Positions 8,998-18,883 of a stretch of DNA of 64,000 nucleotides are shown one piece after another. Below the pieces are notes generated by a model. That model worked only from the letters and a program-made list of their open reading frames with translations. It ran no database searches and was not told the origin of the DNA. Position 1 is the stretch's first letter, and each line of letters starts with the position of its first letter. This stretch comes from Candidatus Fermentibacteraceae bacterium (GTDB lineage: Bacteria; Fermentibacterota; Fermentibacteria; Fermentibacterales; JCC-6). Location: contig JBGSZS010000007.1 in assembly GCA_041750285.1 (NCBI GenBank), forward strand, positions 1-64,000, in the 5' to 3' direction. Position numbers and translations under genes: made by a program.

Positions 8998-10364
8998 TGC
9001 CCAGGTCCCGTTCGGTATTCGTCTGCTCCGAGTGCGGCGGGGAAACCCACGGGTGGAGCGGCAGGTGCCCCCATTGTCTGAGCTGGAACACCATGGTGGA
9101 GGAACATCGCGTTTCAGGTCCTTCCCCGGCCGCTCTCCAGCCGGAGAACGCCGGACCGGTGAACCTGTGCGACGTTTCCAGCGAGACCGGCGCCAGACTC
9201 TCCACGGGTCTTCCCGAGTTCGACAGGGTTCTCGGAGGGGGAGCCAGTGTGGGAAGCGTGATCCTTCTCGGGGGAGAGCCGGGGATAGGGAAGAGCACGC
9301 TGATACTCCAGGCTGCGATGAACATCGCTTCGGGAGGGATACCCGTCCTTTACGCCACGGGCGAGGAATCCGCCTCTCAGATCGCCGGAAGGGCCGGAAG
9401 GATAGGGGCTTCTCCTGCGGGACTTTCCGTCCTCGCCGCCACGAGGCTCGACACGGTTGCGGGTGTGGCTGACACGGGAGACTTCAGGGTCCTGGTGGTG
9501 GATTCGGTGCAGACACTGTACTCCCCCGACCTTTCGGCCGCTCCGGGATCCGTGTCGCAGGTCAGACACTGCGCTTCGGCCCTGGTCAACCTTGCTAAGC
9601 CCAGGGAGATCACGGCATTCGTCGTGGGACACGTTACGAAGGACGGAAGCCTCGCGGGGCCAAAGGTTCTCGAACACCTGGTGGACACCGTGATCTACTT
9701 CGAAGGCGACGCTTCCCACCAGTACCGCCTCCTTCGCGCCGTGAAGAACCGCTTTGGAGGCACCAATGAGCTGGGGGTCTTCGAGATGGGCCCCTCGGGG
9801 CTTTCCGGGGTGTCCAACGCTTCCGGGCTCTTCCTTCGAAGGGAGACGGATTCGGTTCCCGGTTCGGTTCCGGCCGCGGTGCTTCAGGGTTCCAGACCGT
9901 TTCTCGTTGAGGTGCAGGCGCTCACGAGTCCATCAAGGTACGGCTATCCCCAGCGGAAGGCTTCGGGTTTCGACGGCGCGAGGCTGGCCATGCTTCTGGC
10001 GGTGCTCGAGCGCAGGTGCGGTATAGATTTGGACAATCAGGATGTTTATGTGAATGTTGCCGGTGGTTTCACCATTGGTGACCCCGGAGCTGACCTCGCG
10101 GTATGCCTCGCCGTGGCTTCGAGCCGTCTTGAGAAGACGGTCAGGAAGGGCACGGCGGTCTGCGGCGAGATAGGGCTCGGGGGGGAGGTACGGCCTGTGG
10201 CCGGTTACGGCAGAAGGTATACAGAGGCGGTGAACCTTGGGTTTTCCACCCTTGCGGGTGCCAGGGAGGACACTGAAGCCGAGAAGAACGGCGCTCCCGG
10301 GTTCGTGGGACTGTCCGCCGCCATAGGTGACCTTCTGAACAAAAAGGGAGAAGAATGGCTCTGA
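8997..10364 (+). CDS. radA: DNA repair protein RadA/Sms
   Basis: C4 zinc finger, 'GEPGIGKST', 'KNRFG', Lon-like C-terminus. Confidence 0.97.
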   Translation: MPRSRSVFVCSECGGETHGWSGRCPHCLSWNTMVEEHRVSGPSPAALQPENAGPVNLCDVSSETGARLSTGLPEFDRVLGGGASVGSVILLGGEPGIGKSTLILQAAMNIASGGIPVLYATGEESASQIAGRAGRIGASPAGLSVLAATRLDTVAGVADTGDFRVLVVDSVQTLYSPDLSAAPGSVSQVRHCASALVNLAKPREITAFVVGHVTKDGSLAGPKVLEHLVDTVIYFEGDASHQYRLLRAVKNRFGGTNELGVFEMGPSGLSGVSNASGLFLRRETDSVPGSVPAAVLQGSRPFLVEVQALTSPSRYGYPQRKASGFDGARLAMLLAVLERRCGIDLDNQDVYVNVAGGFTIGDPGADLAVCLAVASSRLEKTVRKGTAVCGEIGLGGEVRPVAGYGRRYTEAVNLGFSTLAGAREDTEAEKNGAPGFVGLSAAIGDLLNKKGEEWL

Positions 10365-11398
10365 GGAAGAACGGTTGGGAGAGCAGGCTGATGTTCGTGC
10401 TTGTTCTCGGGCTTGCGGGGACACTTGCCACCGAAAGCCCTTTTGCCTCCGCGGAAAGCTTCTGGATGGGATTTGCGGGAATTGCCATCGGCGTTGTGGC
10501 GCTGGTGCTTGAAAGGCTTGTCACAGGTCTTCGTGCCGACGGGTTCGTTTACATAACCGCAGGCACGTTCCTTGGCCTGACCATAGGCCTGCTCCTGATG
10601 CTGGTGCTTCATGTGGGTGACATAAGGCTGCGGGCCGGCGGAGCCGACCTTCTGGTGCTCGTGCCCTTCGCACTGGCGTACGTTTTCTCACGGGCCGCCC
10701 TGACCAAGGGAAGGAAGCTCAACCTCCTCAAGGTGGAGGAGGAAAGGGGCACCAGGCTGTTCATGCCAGTTCTGGTAGACCTTAACGCGATCATCGATGG
10801 AAGGGTTGCAGATCTGACCCTTGCCGGGATCCTTCCCGGTCCATTCACCGTTCCGGCTTCGGTCAGGGCAAGCCTCGAATCCCTTCAGAGAAGCAAGAAC
10901 ACGGTTTCCAGGGGAAGGGCGCGAAGGGGCACCGAAACCCTTCAGCGACTCGAAGAAGCAGTCGGCAAAACGGGCGGTCTCCTTGATTTCCACGATTTCG
11001 GCGATGGCGAGCGCGAAAAGCACCGGATGCTGGAGTGGCTCAGGCAGACCGGAGTCGCCCTTCTCAGCTCCGATGCCGCGCTGCTCGACACGGCCGAACG
11101 CGAGGGCATTCACGTGATCAGGCTTGAAGACGTGGGGGCAGCCGGCAGAGCCGTCGTCCTGCCCGGTGAAAAACTCACCGTCCGGATACAGAAGAAGGGG
11201 CGCGGAGCCGGTCAGGGCGTGGGTTTCCTGTCGGACGGGACCATGGTCGTCGTTGACGAGGCAGCGAGCCAGATGGGCAGCGACGTGACCGTGACGGCAC
11301 ACACCACGTTCCGCGCATCCGGCGGGACGATGGTGTTCGCATCCATGGAAAAACAGGAAGAGGAAACTCTTGAACCCGTCGAGGAGGACCAGGCCTGA
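10355..11398 (+). CDS. Membrane PIN/TRAM-domain protein (YacL-like)
   Basis: Four TM helices, 'DLNAIIDGR', 'RARRG', TRAM 'QGVGFLSDGTMVVVD'; sits between radA and ispD as yacL does. Confidence 0.85.
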   Translation: MALRKNGWESRLMFVLVLGLAGTLATESPFASAESFWMGFAGIAIGVVALVLERLVTGLRADGFVYITAGTFLGLTIGLLLMLVLHVGDIRLRAGGADLLVLVPFALAYVFSRAALTKGRKLNLLKVEEERGTRLFMPVLVDLNAIIDGRVADLTLAGILPGPFTVPASVRASLESLQRSKNTVSRGRARRGTETLQRLEEAVGKTGGLLDFHDFGDGEREKHRMLEWLRQTGVALLSSDAALLDTAEREGIHVIRLEDVGAAGRAVVLPGEKLTVRIQKKGRGAGQGVGFLSDGTMVVVDEAASQMGSDVTVTAHTTFRASGGTMVFASMEKQEEETLEPVEEDQA

Positions 11399-12513
11399 TC
11401 GCGCAATCAGGGGAATGGGGTGCGGTGGTAACCGCCGCAGGTGCCGGAACCAGGTTCGGCGGCGGAGTGCCCAAGCAGTTCAGCATGCTTGGAGGGAAGC
11501 CCGTGCTTCAGTGGTCGGTGGACCTGCTGTCCGGGCTGATGCCCATTTCCGTTTCGGTCCCTCCCGGCTTTCCCTGGAGGGATTACTGGACCCCGCCACC
11601 AGGGGTCATGGTTGTTCCGGGCGGGGCAAGGAGACAGGACTCGGTACTTGCTGCGCTGGGTGCCCTTGATTCGCCCAGATACGTTCTGGTTCACGACGGA
11701 GCCCGCCCCGGCCTGACCCGGGAGACCATCCTCAGGGTGATGCGAGCGGTTGAGGAACACGGGGCGGCCATTCCCGGAGTAAGGGTGCGTGATACGCTGA
11801 AACTAGTTCAGGACGGGATGGTCTCATCCACCATGGAGCGCCGCGACCTGTGGATGATCCAGACACCCCAGGGTTTTTTATACGACGACCTCTGCCGTGT
11901 TCTCTCCAGCGCCCCTGAAGTCACTGACGAAAGTTCCGCCATGGAGCTTGCAGGGGTTGCGGTAGCCGTTGTGGGGGGTGACCCGCGAAACCTGAAACTC
12001 ACTGAACCTTCTGACATGTCCTGTTTCGCCTTTCCCGCAAGGCTGTCTTTCGGCCAGGGACTGGATTTCCACCCGTTCCGGGAAGACCGGCCCATGATGG
12101 CAGCTGGTTGCCGGCTCGGAGAAACAGGCGGCCCCGTCGGGCATTCCGACGGAGACGCGGTTCTCCATGCGGCCTCCGATGCCGTTCTTGCCGCCGCCTC
12201 ACTTGGCGACATAGGGACATTCTACCCGCCCTCCGATCCTGTCTGGAAAGACGCTGACAGCGCGATGATCCTCGGCCGCTGCATGGAGCGCGTGAGAAGG
12301 GCCGGCTGGGAGCTTTCGCGCCTGGACCTTACGCTGGTGGGGGACAGGCCAAAGGTGGCCCCCAACAGGGAAATGATGATAGGGAGGCTTTCGGAGATAC
12401 TGCGCGCCCCCGCGGCAAGGATCTGGATCAAGGGCACTTCCACCAACACGCTTGGTGATCTTGGCCGCGGTTGCGGTTTCGGCTGCCTTGCGCTGGCGGT
12501 CCTTGAAGCATGA
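11395..12513 (+). CDS. ispDF: Bifunctional IspD/IspF (MEP pathway); probable CTG start
   Basis: 'AAGAGTRFG..PKQF', 'RQDSV', 'VHDGARP', 'QTPQGF', then IspF 'GLDFH', 'GHSDGDAVLHA..DA', 'GDIG'. First canonical start (GTG 11425) falls inside the first beta-strand. Confidence 0.88.
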   Translation: MIAQSGEWGAVVTAAGAGTRFGGGVPKQFSMLGGKPVLQWSVDLLSGLMPISVSVPPGFPWRDYWTPPPGVMVVPGGARRQDSVLAALGALDSPRYVLVHDGARPGLTRETILRVMRAVEEHGAAIPGVRVRDTLKLVQDGMVSSTMERRDLWMIQTPQGFLYDDLCRVLSSAPEVTDESSAMELAGVAVAVVGGDPRNLKLTEPSDMSCFAFPARLSFGQGLDFHPFREDRPMMAAGCRLGETGGPVGHSDGDAVLHAASDAVLAAASLGDIGTFYPPSDPVWKDADSAMILGRCMERVRRAGWELSRLDLTLVGDRPKVAPNREMMIGRLSEILRAPAARIWIKGTSTNTLGDLGRGCGFGCLALAVLEA

Positions 12514-13124
12514 GCGGAGAAGCCTGGCAGCCGTTCATCGACGGCCTTGACGCCTGGACATCGGTTCCCGTCCTCACTGTGACGGCTTTTGTCGAAACCG
12601 TCTTTCCCCCGTTTCCGGGAGACGTTCTTTACATCTCCGCCGGTGGATTGTTCTGTTCGACGGGCTTTCCCCCCTGGCTTCTGTGGTTGCCCGGATTCGT
12701 GGGGTGCTCACTGGCAACCCTGCTTCTGGAAGCCGCAGGGAGGGGTGCGGGCTTCAGATGGCTCGAAAGGCTAGTGATGAGCGGTTCGAAGGGTGAGAGG
12801 GGAATGGCCCGAGCCAGGTCGCTTCTGGCGCGACACGGAGCATGGGCTCTCTTCCTGAGCAGGTTCCTGCCCGGGATAAGGTCACTTCTTGTGGTTGCCG
12901 CATCCTGGAGCGGAATGCGCAGGTCTGCCGTTCTGGTCCCATCCCTGTTGAGCGCAGCCCTCTGGTACGGGATCCTCTCCGTCCTTGCCGTGGTTCTCGG
13001 AGCCAACCTGGGATCAGCCGCTGCATTCATGGCGGATTACGGACGCCTCTCGCTCATACTTCTGGGGAGTGCCGCCGCCGTTCTTGCGGTTATCCGTCTC
13101 ACCAGGGGAAGGAGGGGGAAGTGA
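12510..13124 (+). CDS. DedA family membrane protein
   Basis: 'ETVFPPFPGD', 'SRFLPGIR', hydrophobic profile. Confidence 0.88.
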   Translation: MSGEAWQPFIDGLDAWTSVPVLTVTAFVETVFPPFPGDVLYISAGGLFCSTGFPPWLLWLPGFVGCSLATLLLEAAGRGAGFRWLERLVMSGSKGERGMARARSLLARHGAWALFLSRFLPGIRSLLVVAASWSGMRRSAVLVPSLLSAALWYGILSVLAVVLGANLGSAAAFMADYGRLSLILLGSAAAVLAVIRLTRGRRGK

Positions 13125-14515
13125 AGGTCCTCTTCGCAGCTTCCGAGGTGTACCCCCTGGCAAGCACAGGCGGGCTGGCCGCTGTGGTCGGCGAACTTCC
13201 TGCCGCGCTGAATCGCGAAGGCACGGACGCCAGGGTGATGATCCCCTTCTACGGAGACATCCCGGGCAAAACCGGCATGAGCTGGTTGGGAGCCGGAAAA
13301 ACCTTCCTGGGTGAGGATTTCGGGATCGCCGAAACCACGCTGCCCAACGGAGTGGCGGTGTATCTGGTGGCACGGGATGAGGATTTTGCCAGAAAGGGAT
13401 TCTACGGTCCGACACCGGATTCTTCCTGGCCGGACAATTCCCGAAGGTTCGCCTTCTTCTCCCGGGCGGTCGAGGCTTCAAGCGCAGTCACCGGTTTCCA
13501 CCCCGACGTTTTTCACTGCCATGACTGGCAGACCGGCCTTCTCCCGGTGTACCTTCGCGACTCGGGCAGAGCTTCGGTGTTCACGATCCACAACATGGCC
13601 TTCCAGGGAAGGTTCGGACCCGAGAGCTGGCCTTCCGCCGGGCTTCCCGATTCGCTTTTCGATCCCGGAGCGCTCGAGTTCTGGGGAGACTGGAACATAA
13701 TGAAGGGGGCCATAGTCTTCGCTTCAGCGGTCACCACCGTCAGCCCTTCCTATGCCCGGGAGATCAGGACCCCACGTTTCGGTTTCGGGCTCGAGGCGGT
13801 ACTCGAGCAGGAGAAGGCGAAACTGACGGGCATTCTGAACGGCATCGATCCCGGCTGCTGGAATCCTGACGATGATCCCGCACTTCCCGCCCATTTCTGC
13901 ACAGGGAGGATGGCCGGCAAGAAGAAGTGCAGGGCCGCCCTGATAAGGGAGGCCGGGCTGGGCAGGTCCGACGGACCCCTTCTGGGAATGGTCAGCAGGC
14001 TTACGCCCCAGAAGGGCGTCGACCTTCTTCTCGATTCGCTGCCCGGTCTGCTGGGCCGGGGCATGAACCTTGTCGTTCTGGGAACGGGCGAGGCCGGGTA
14101 TGAAAGGGCCTTCAGGGCTGCAGCGGCCAGTCACAGGGGTTCCGTAGCCGTAAGGATAGACTACAGCGACAGTTTCGCCAGGAGGATATTCGCCGGTTCC
14201 GACCTGTTCCTGATGCCCTCGGTGTTCGAACCCTGCGGCCTTTCCCAGATGACCGCCATGAGGTACGGATCGGTTCCTCTTGTGAGGAAGACCGGTGGCC
14301 TTGCTGACACGGTGGACAGCTCCACGGGGTTTCTCTTCGAAAACCCCGGCGAGTTCCCCGGAGCCCTGGATGCTGTCACCAGTCTCTGGAACTCGGGTCC
14401 CGTTCACTGGGCTGCCATGAGAAAAAGGTCCATGGAGGCCGATCATTCCTGGAAGAACCGGGTGCCCGCCTACCTCGAGGTTTACTCGCGCGCCCTGAAA
14501 AGAGCTTCAGAGTGA
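13121..14515 (+). CDS. glgA: Glycogen synthase (GT5)
   Basis: 'ASEVYP..TGGL', 'HCHDWQT', 'FTIHN..FQG', 'SRLTPQKG', 'PSVFEPCGLSQM', 'KTGGLADTV'. GTG start overlaps dedA stop. Confidence 0.92.
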   Translation: MKVLFAASEVYPLASTGGLAAVVGELPAALNREGTDARVMIPFYGDIPGKTGMSWLGAGKTFLGEDFGIAETTLPNGVAVYLVARDEDFARKGFYGPTPDSSWPDNSRRFAFFSRAVEASSAVTGFHPDVFHCHDWQTGLLPVYLRDSGRASVFTIHNMAFQGRFGPESWPSAGLPDSLFDPGALEFWGDWNIMKGAIVFASAVTTVSPSYAREIRTPRFGFGLEAVLEQEKAKLTGILNGIDPGCWNPDDDPALPAHFCTGRMAGKKKCRAALIREAGLGRSDGPLLGMVSRLTPQKGVDLLLDSLPGLLGRGMNLVVLGTGEAGYERAFRAAAASHRGSVAVRIDYSDSFARRIFAGSDLFLMPSVFEPCGLSQMTAMRYGSVPLVRKTGGLADTVDSSTGFLFENPGEFPGALDAVTSLWNSGPVHWAAMRKRSMEADHSWKNRVPAYLEVYSRALKRASE

Positions 14516-15132
14516 TCCGCCAAGCACTTGCGCCGCTCGTTCAGTTCCACAGTCCCGCGAAGGCGCACCGGATGCTCAAAGAAGAAGGCTCCTGGAAGAT
14601 CATGGGCTTCAGCGCCGTGTTCATCCTTCTTGGCGGCACCGCCGCCACGGCGGGTTCTCTTGCGTCCCTTCCCGGACTTCCCCTGTTCATCCTTCTGGAG
14701 AGGATGTTCGTGGCGGCGCTTGGAGGAGCAGCAGCCTGGGCTCTGGCAAGGGCGCTTGGCGAAAGGTTCTCGATCCTGCCGGGCATTCAGTCAGCATTCA
14801 TGTCGATGGCAGTATGGGTTCTCGGTTTCGCGGCGCTGTTGTGGGTTTCGCGGATCGCAGGCATTCCACCCGATTTCAGCTGGAGTCCAGCCGAGCTTGT
14901 CTGGCGGCCGCCCGCAAACCCCGCGGAGCTGTTTCTTTTCATCGTTCTCCTGAATCTTGACGTTCCTTCGGTCGTCACGGTTTTCATCTGGGGAAGAGGG
15001 TTGTCGGCGGTATGGGGGGCCGACCCGTCATTGGGTATGAGACTGGCCTGGGCGGTTTATCTGTTCGCCGTACTACTACAGGCGGTTCCGGTTCTTATGA
15101 ACCAGGGAGGCTCGGAGGTTCTCGGTCTATGA
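14512..15132 (+). CDS. Multi-pass membrane protein (possibly Yip1-like)
   Basis: About 5 TM segments; translationally coupled on both sides. Confidence 0.6.
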   Translation: MIRQALAPLVQFHSPAKAHRMLKEEGSWKIMGFSAVFILLGGTAATAGSLASLPGLPLFILLERMFVAALGGAAAWALARALGERFSILPGIQSAFMSMAVWVLGFAALLWVSRIAGIPPDFSWSPAELVWRPPANPAELFLFIVLLNLDVPSVVTVFIWGRGLSAVWGADPSLGMRLAWAVYLFAVLLQAVPVLMNQGGSEVLGL

Positions 15133-16412
15133 TCAGCACTCTGTTTCTGTCACTTGTCCTTGCCGGAGAGTCCCCTCTGGCGCTTGATCTTTCGGGCTGG
15201 GTGTCGCACGCTCTGCGGAATTCCCCGGCAGTCGTCGAAGCCGGAGCGTCACTCGAGGGCTCAAGGGCATCCCTGAAGTCTGCGGAGTCGTTCATCTGGC
15301 CAACACTGGCCTTCTCCGCCTCTTCGGGGTACTCTTGGGTCTCATCGCCACCCGATGGGCACGGTCACACCGGGTCCGAGAGCTGGTCCGCCAGCCTCGG
15401 GCTCTCTCAGGAGCTTCTGGGTTCGGGAGGCCGCAGCTGGCTTCTCCTGAGGGCCGAACGTCGCGGCTTGGAAGCCGCGGAGGAAGACTACAGGGCGGCG
15501 GTACTTGAGATCGTGATGAGCGTTCTCGAATCCTATTACGGTGTTGTTGAGGCAGAGGGGCTTCTCGCTGCTGCCGGGCAGTCCCTTGACAGAAGCGTGA
15601 GCCAGCTCGAAAGAGCCCGTACCCTCTACGATATCGGTGGCATTTCAATACTCGAACTCATGCAGCTGCAGGTTCAGGAAAGCCGGGACAGGCTTTCCCT
15701 CACCAGGTCCAGACAAAGCCTCAACAACTCCTACAACGCACTCTATCAGGCTGCCGGGGTCTCGATGTCCTCGCGTGAGATGACTGTGGATACCTCGGCT
15801 GTGCTTGCGCCCATTCCTCCCGACTTCCTCGACGACCTTCCGCCGGACCTTGATGAAAACCCGTCCCTCAGGGCGGCAAGGCTCCGGTCCGAGCAGGCTT
15901 TCATCGCTTCCCGCGCCCAGGGACGCTCGGTCTGGCCCAGCCTCAGCGCCAACGCGAACTGGGGCTTCAGCGACAACCATTTCGACGGGTTCGAGCAGGT
16001 GCTCGAGAACGATGCGTGGTCAGTGGGCATCAGGCTTAACTGGACTATCTTCGACGGATTCGCCAGGGAGGCCGCCGCGCAATCCGCAAGGGCCGCCGCC
16101 CTGAGAAGTGAAGCATCGCTGACGGCAGTCGAAGCGGGTCTTCAAAGCAGGCTGCTCGCGGCACGTGAGAACGTTGCTGTGGCCTATGAGAGCTTTGTTC
16201 TCAGTGAACTCGCGCTCAGGCAGGCGGAAGAGCAGTACAGGCTATCCAGACTGACATACGAGATGGGGGGGCTCTCACTGCTGGACCTGCTCGATGCCCA
16301 GCAGATGCTTACCGAGGCTCAGGCAGCCCTTGTCAGTGCCAGGGTCAACTCCCTGATCGAGGAAGCGGGCCTGATGGTTCTCATGGGCAGAACGCCCAGA
16401 CTGGGAGAGTAG
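15129..16412 (+). CDS. TolC/OEP outer-membrane efflux protein
   Basis: Signal peptide; two OEP repeats ('WPTLAFSAS', 'WPSLSANA', 'YEMGGLSLLDLLDAQ'). Confidence 0.88.
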   Translation: MISTLFLSLVLAGESPLALDLSGWVSHALRNSPAVVEAGASLEGSRASLKSAESFIWPTLAFSASSGYSWVSSPPDGHGHTGSESWSASLGLSQELLGSGGRSWLLLRAERRGLEAAEEDYRAAVLEIVMSVLESYYGVVEAEGLLAAAGQSLDRSVSQLERARTLYDIGGISILELMQLQVQESRDRLSLTRSRQSLNNSYNALYQAAGVSMSSREMTVDTSAVLAPIPPDFLDDLPPDLDENPSLRAARLRSEQAFIASRAQGRSVWPSLSANANWGFSDNHFDGFEQVLENDAWSVGIRLNWTIFDGFAREAAAQSARAAALRSEASLTAVEAGLQSRLLAARENVAVAYESFVLSELALRQAEEQYRLSRLTYEMGGLSLLDLLDAQQMLTEAQAALVSARVNSLIEEAGLMVLMGRTPRLGE

Positions 16413-16415
16413 GCT

Positions 16416-18878
16416 TTGCAGGGACTCTGGGTTTTTGCGCTTCTCAGCGGGGTCGGCGTGCTGATGGCCCAGATAACCTGGAACAGGATGCTTCTTCTGA
16501 TAGCCGGCGGGAGCGTTGATTCCACGGCGGTCGTCCTCAGTGCGTTCATGCTTGGTCTGGGGCTGGGCGGAAGGGCATTCGGCAGGTTTGCCCAGCGTTC
16601 GGCAAAACCGCTGGGAGTGTTGAGACTTGCCGCAGCGGGAACGGCTCTGGGTTCACTGCTTCCTTTGCTTCTCGAACCCATGGTTGAAAGTGTCTACCCA
16701 TTGTTCTATTCGTCAGGGCTTCAGTTTCCTGCCAGATTTCTTTCAGCGGTTCTCATGGTGTTTCCCGCCGCTTTTTGCGCGGGTGGGATTATTCCTGCCG
16801 CTTCAAGGCTCGTGCAGGGTCCGCGTGGCCGAAGCACGGCATCGGGGCTTTATGGCCTCAACAGCCTGGGGTCTGCCATCGGAGGTTTTCTCGCGGGCTT
16901 CGTTCTTCTTGAGGCCGTTGGCACCACGCTGACCCTGGCATTCGGCGCAATGCTTCTCGTTGCCGGCCTTGCATTCGTCAGAGGCGGCAGGGCCGAACCT
17001 GATACCGGGGTCAAGGGCGTTCCCCCCGGAACGTTCCACATCGTTGTCTACGCCGTTGGCGGATGCCTCGCACTGGGCTACGAGACAGTCTGGAGCCGCC
17101 AGCTCACTTTCGTTCTTGGTAACAGCACATACGCCTTTTCGACGATGGGCATCATGGTGCTCACGGGAATAGGTCTCGGCGGATGGTTCGGAAGGAATCT
17201 CGCGCTCAGGGTGAAAAGCCCCCTTGCGCTCTTCGGGACCGTACAGGTTCTGCTGGCCGTTTCCTCGGTCCTCCCGCTTTCGGCGCTGAGAAGTTTCGGC
17301 TCTGTGGCTGCACTGACGGGCGGGGCGGGATGGGTGGCCGGGACCGCCGGCGGATTTCTGGCTTCGTTCCTTTACATGCTTCCCTCGACGTTTCTCATGG
17401 GCGTGACGTTTCCGGTAATGCTCTCAGTCTGTGCCAGGGAAAACCGCCTTGGTGAGGACGTGGGAAGACTGAGTCTCGCCAACTGCATCGGTGCAGCCAT
17501 CGGACCGCTTCTCGCGACCAGGTTCTTCTTTTTGCATTTCGGGGTCACGAATACGGCCATGCTCCTCGCATTCGGCAGCATTCTCACGGGCCTGGCCTGT
17601 TTCGTCAGGGCCGGAAGGTACTGGGGCCTGCCCGCGGGTCTCGCAGCGGCGGCCATGGTCTTCTTTCTCGTGATCACATCACGTCCCCCGGGTTCCGAAG
17701 CTCCAAAGGGAATGGAGCTTCTCTACTTCAGTGAAGACAGGACGGCCACGGTGGCTGTGTTCGGCAGGGAGTGGGACGGTTACCGCAGCCTGAGGATAAA
17801 CGGTGTGGAAGAGGTTCCGGTCGACCAGCCCTCTCTTGAAGCCTTCTACCTGCTGGGCCATCTTCCCTGGGGGTACAACCCCGGTGCGCGGACGGCTCTC
17901 GCGGTTGCTCTCGGGGGTGGGATAACGTCAGGAGCCCTGCTTACCCACCCGGTTCGATCCCTTACCTGCGTGGAGATATGTCCCGGGGTTTCCGAGGCAC
18001 TTCGGTTCTTCGCTCTGGAGAATCGCAGGCCCGACCTCGACCCGCGTTTCACCCTGGTGGGTGACGACGGCAGGAATTACCTTCTGGGAATGCGGGACAC
18101 TTTCGATCTCATCGTCTGCGACGCCACTCATCCCGGCTCCAGCGAGAGCTGGCTCCTTTACACGAGCGAATTCTACACCCTGGTTCTCGGTGGGCTCTCA
18201 TCCAACGGCATTGCAGCGCAGTGGGTTCCCCTTCATCAGCTTCCGCCCCGTGAGTTTCACAGGATACTCTCCACCTGGGCATTGGTATTCCCTTACTCCG
18301 CGGCCCATCTCGCCGGGGGGCGCCATGTGATCCTGATCGGCTCCCCCGACTCGCTGGTTCTTTCTGTTGATTCCATGTTCGCCTCAGGTGAGGCTGCGGA
18401 CCAGCTGGGTTCCGTGGCTTTCAGCCAGCGTGAGCCCCTCTACATCCGGCCTGTGCTGGACAGTGAAGGCATGCGGGAAGCCCTGTCCGCAGGACCCCAT
18501 CCCAACACCGATCACAGGGCGTACTGCCAGTTCATACGCCGGCGGGCGCCCGACGACCCCCAGGCCACCATAACACCAAATGTGGCGCTTCTGTTCTCAT
18601 TTTCATCATTGTCCCCCGATCCGGTTCAGATATCCCAGATGCTTTACTGGAACGGTTCGATCCCGGGCGCCTACTCGCGACTTGATGGAGTTGCGGGCAT
18701 GATGGCCTCCCGCTGGAGATCCGTGGCCCTTACTTCAGCAGCGGAAGTGCTTTATGATGGTGGTTCACTCACGGAGGCTGTCCGGTTTGCCGGTATGGCG
18801 GCAGCGGCCGATCCTCTCTGGCCAAGACCCGAACGGTTGATCGCATATATGGAAAGCGCAATACAGGAAACGGAGTGA
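16416..18878 (+). CDS. Membrane-fused spermidine-synthase-like SAM-dependent transferase
   Basis: About 13 TM N-terminus ('YETVWSRQL..VLGNSTY'), then 'LGGGIT', 'VEIC', 'DDGRNY', 'FDLIVCD', 'LYTSEFY'. Confidence 0.82.
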   Translation: MQGLWVFALLSGVGVLMAQITWNRMLLLIAGGSVDSTAVVLSAFMLGLGLGGRAFGRFAQRSAKPLGVLRLAAAGTALGSLLPLLLEPMVESVYPLFYSSGLQFPARFLSAVLMVFPAAFCAGGIIPAASRLVQGPRGRSTASGLYGLNSLGSAIGGFLAGFVLLEAVGTTLTLAFGAMLLVAGLAFVRGGRAEPDTGVKGVPPGTFHIVVYAVGGCLALGYETVWSRQLTFVLGNSTYAFSTMGIMVLTGIGLGGWFGRNLALRVKSPLALFGTVQVLLAVSSVLPLSALRSFGSVAALTGGAGWVAGTAGGFLASFLYMLPSTFLMGVTFPVMLSVCARENRLGEDVGRLSLANCIGAAIGPLLATRFFFLHFGVTNTAMLLAFGSILTGLACFVRAGRYWGLPAGLAAAAMVFFLVITSRPPGSEAPKGMELLYFSEDRTATVAVFGREWDGYRSLRINGVEEVPVDQPSLEAFYLLGHLPWGYNPGARTALAVALGGGITSGALLTHPVRSLTCVEICPGVSEALRFFALENRRPDLDPRFTLVGDDGRNYLLGMRDTFDLIVCDATHPGSSESWLLYTSEFYTLVLGGLSSNGIAAQWVPLHQLPPREFHRILSTWALVFPYSAAHLAGGRHVILIGSPDSLVLSVDSMFASGEAADQLGSVAFSQREPLYIRPVLDSEGMREALSAGPHPNTDHRAYCQFIRRRAPDDPQATITPNVALLFSFSSLSPDPVQISQMLYWNGSIPGAYSRLDGVAGMMASRWRSVALTSAAEVLYDGGSLTEAVRFAGMAAAADPLWPRPERLIAYMESAIQETE

Positions 18879-18883
18879 AGGCA

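Noticed and set aside
8997..12513. radA-yacL-ispDF cluster as novel
   Set aside because: Well-known conserved gene order; IspD/IspF fusions are common.
12842..13120. Long N-terminal extensions in the ORF track (glgA; similarly rqcH, pmbA, mazG, DOMON, tolC)
   Set aside because: They overlap neighbouring real genes; family-typical N-termini begin at downstream coupled starts.
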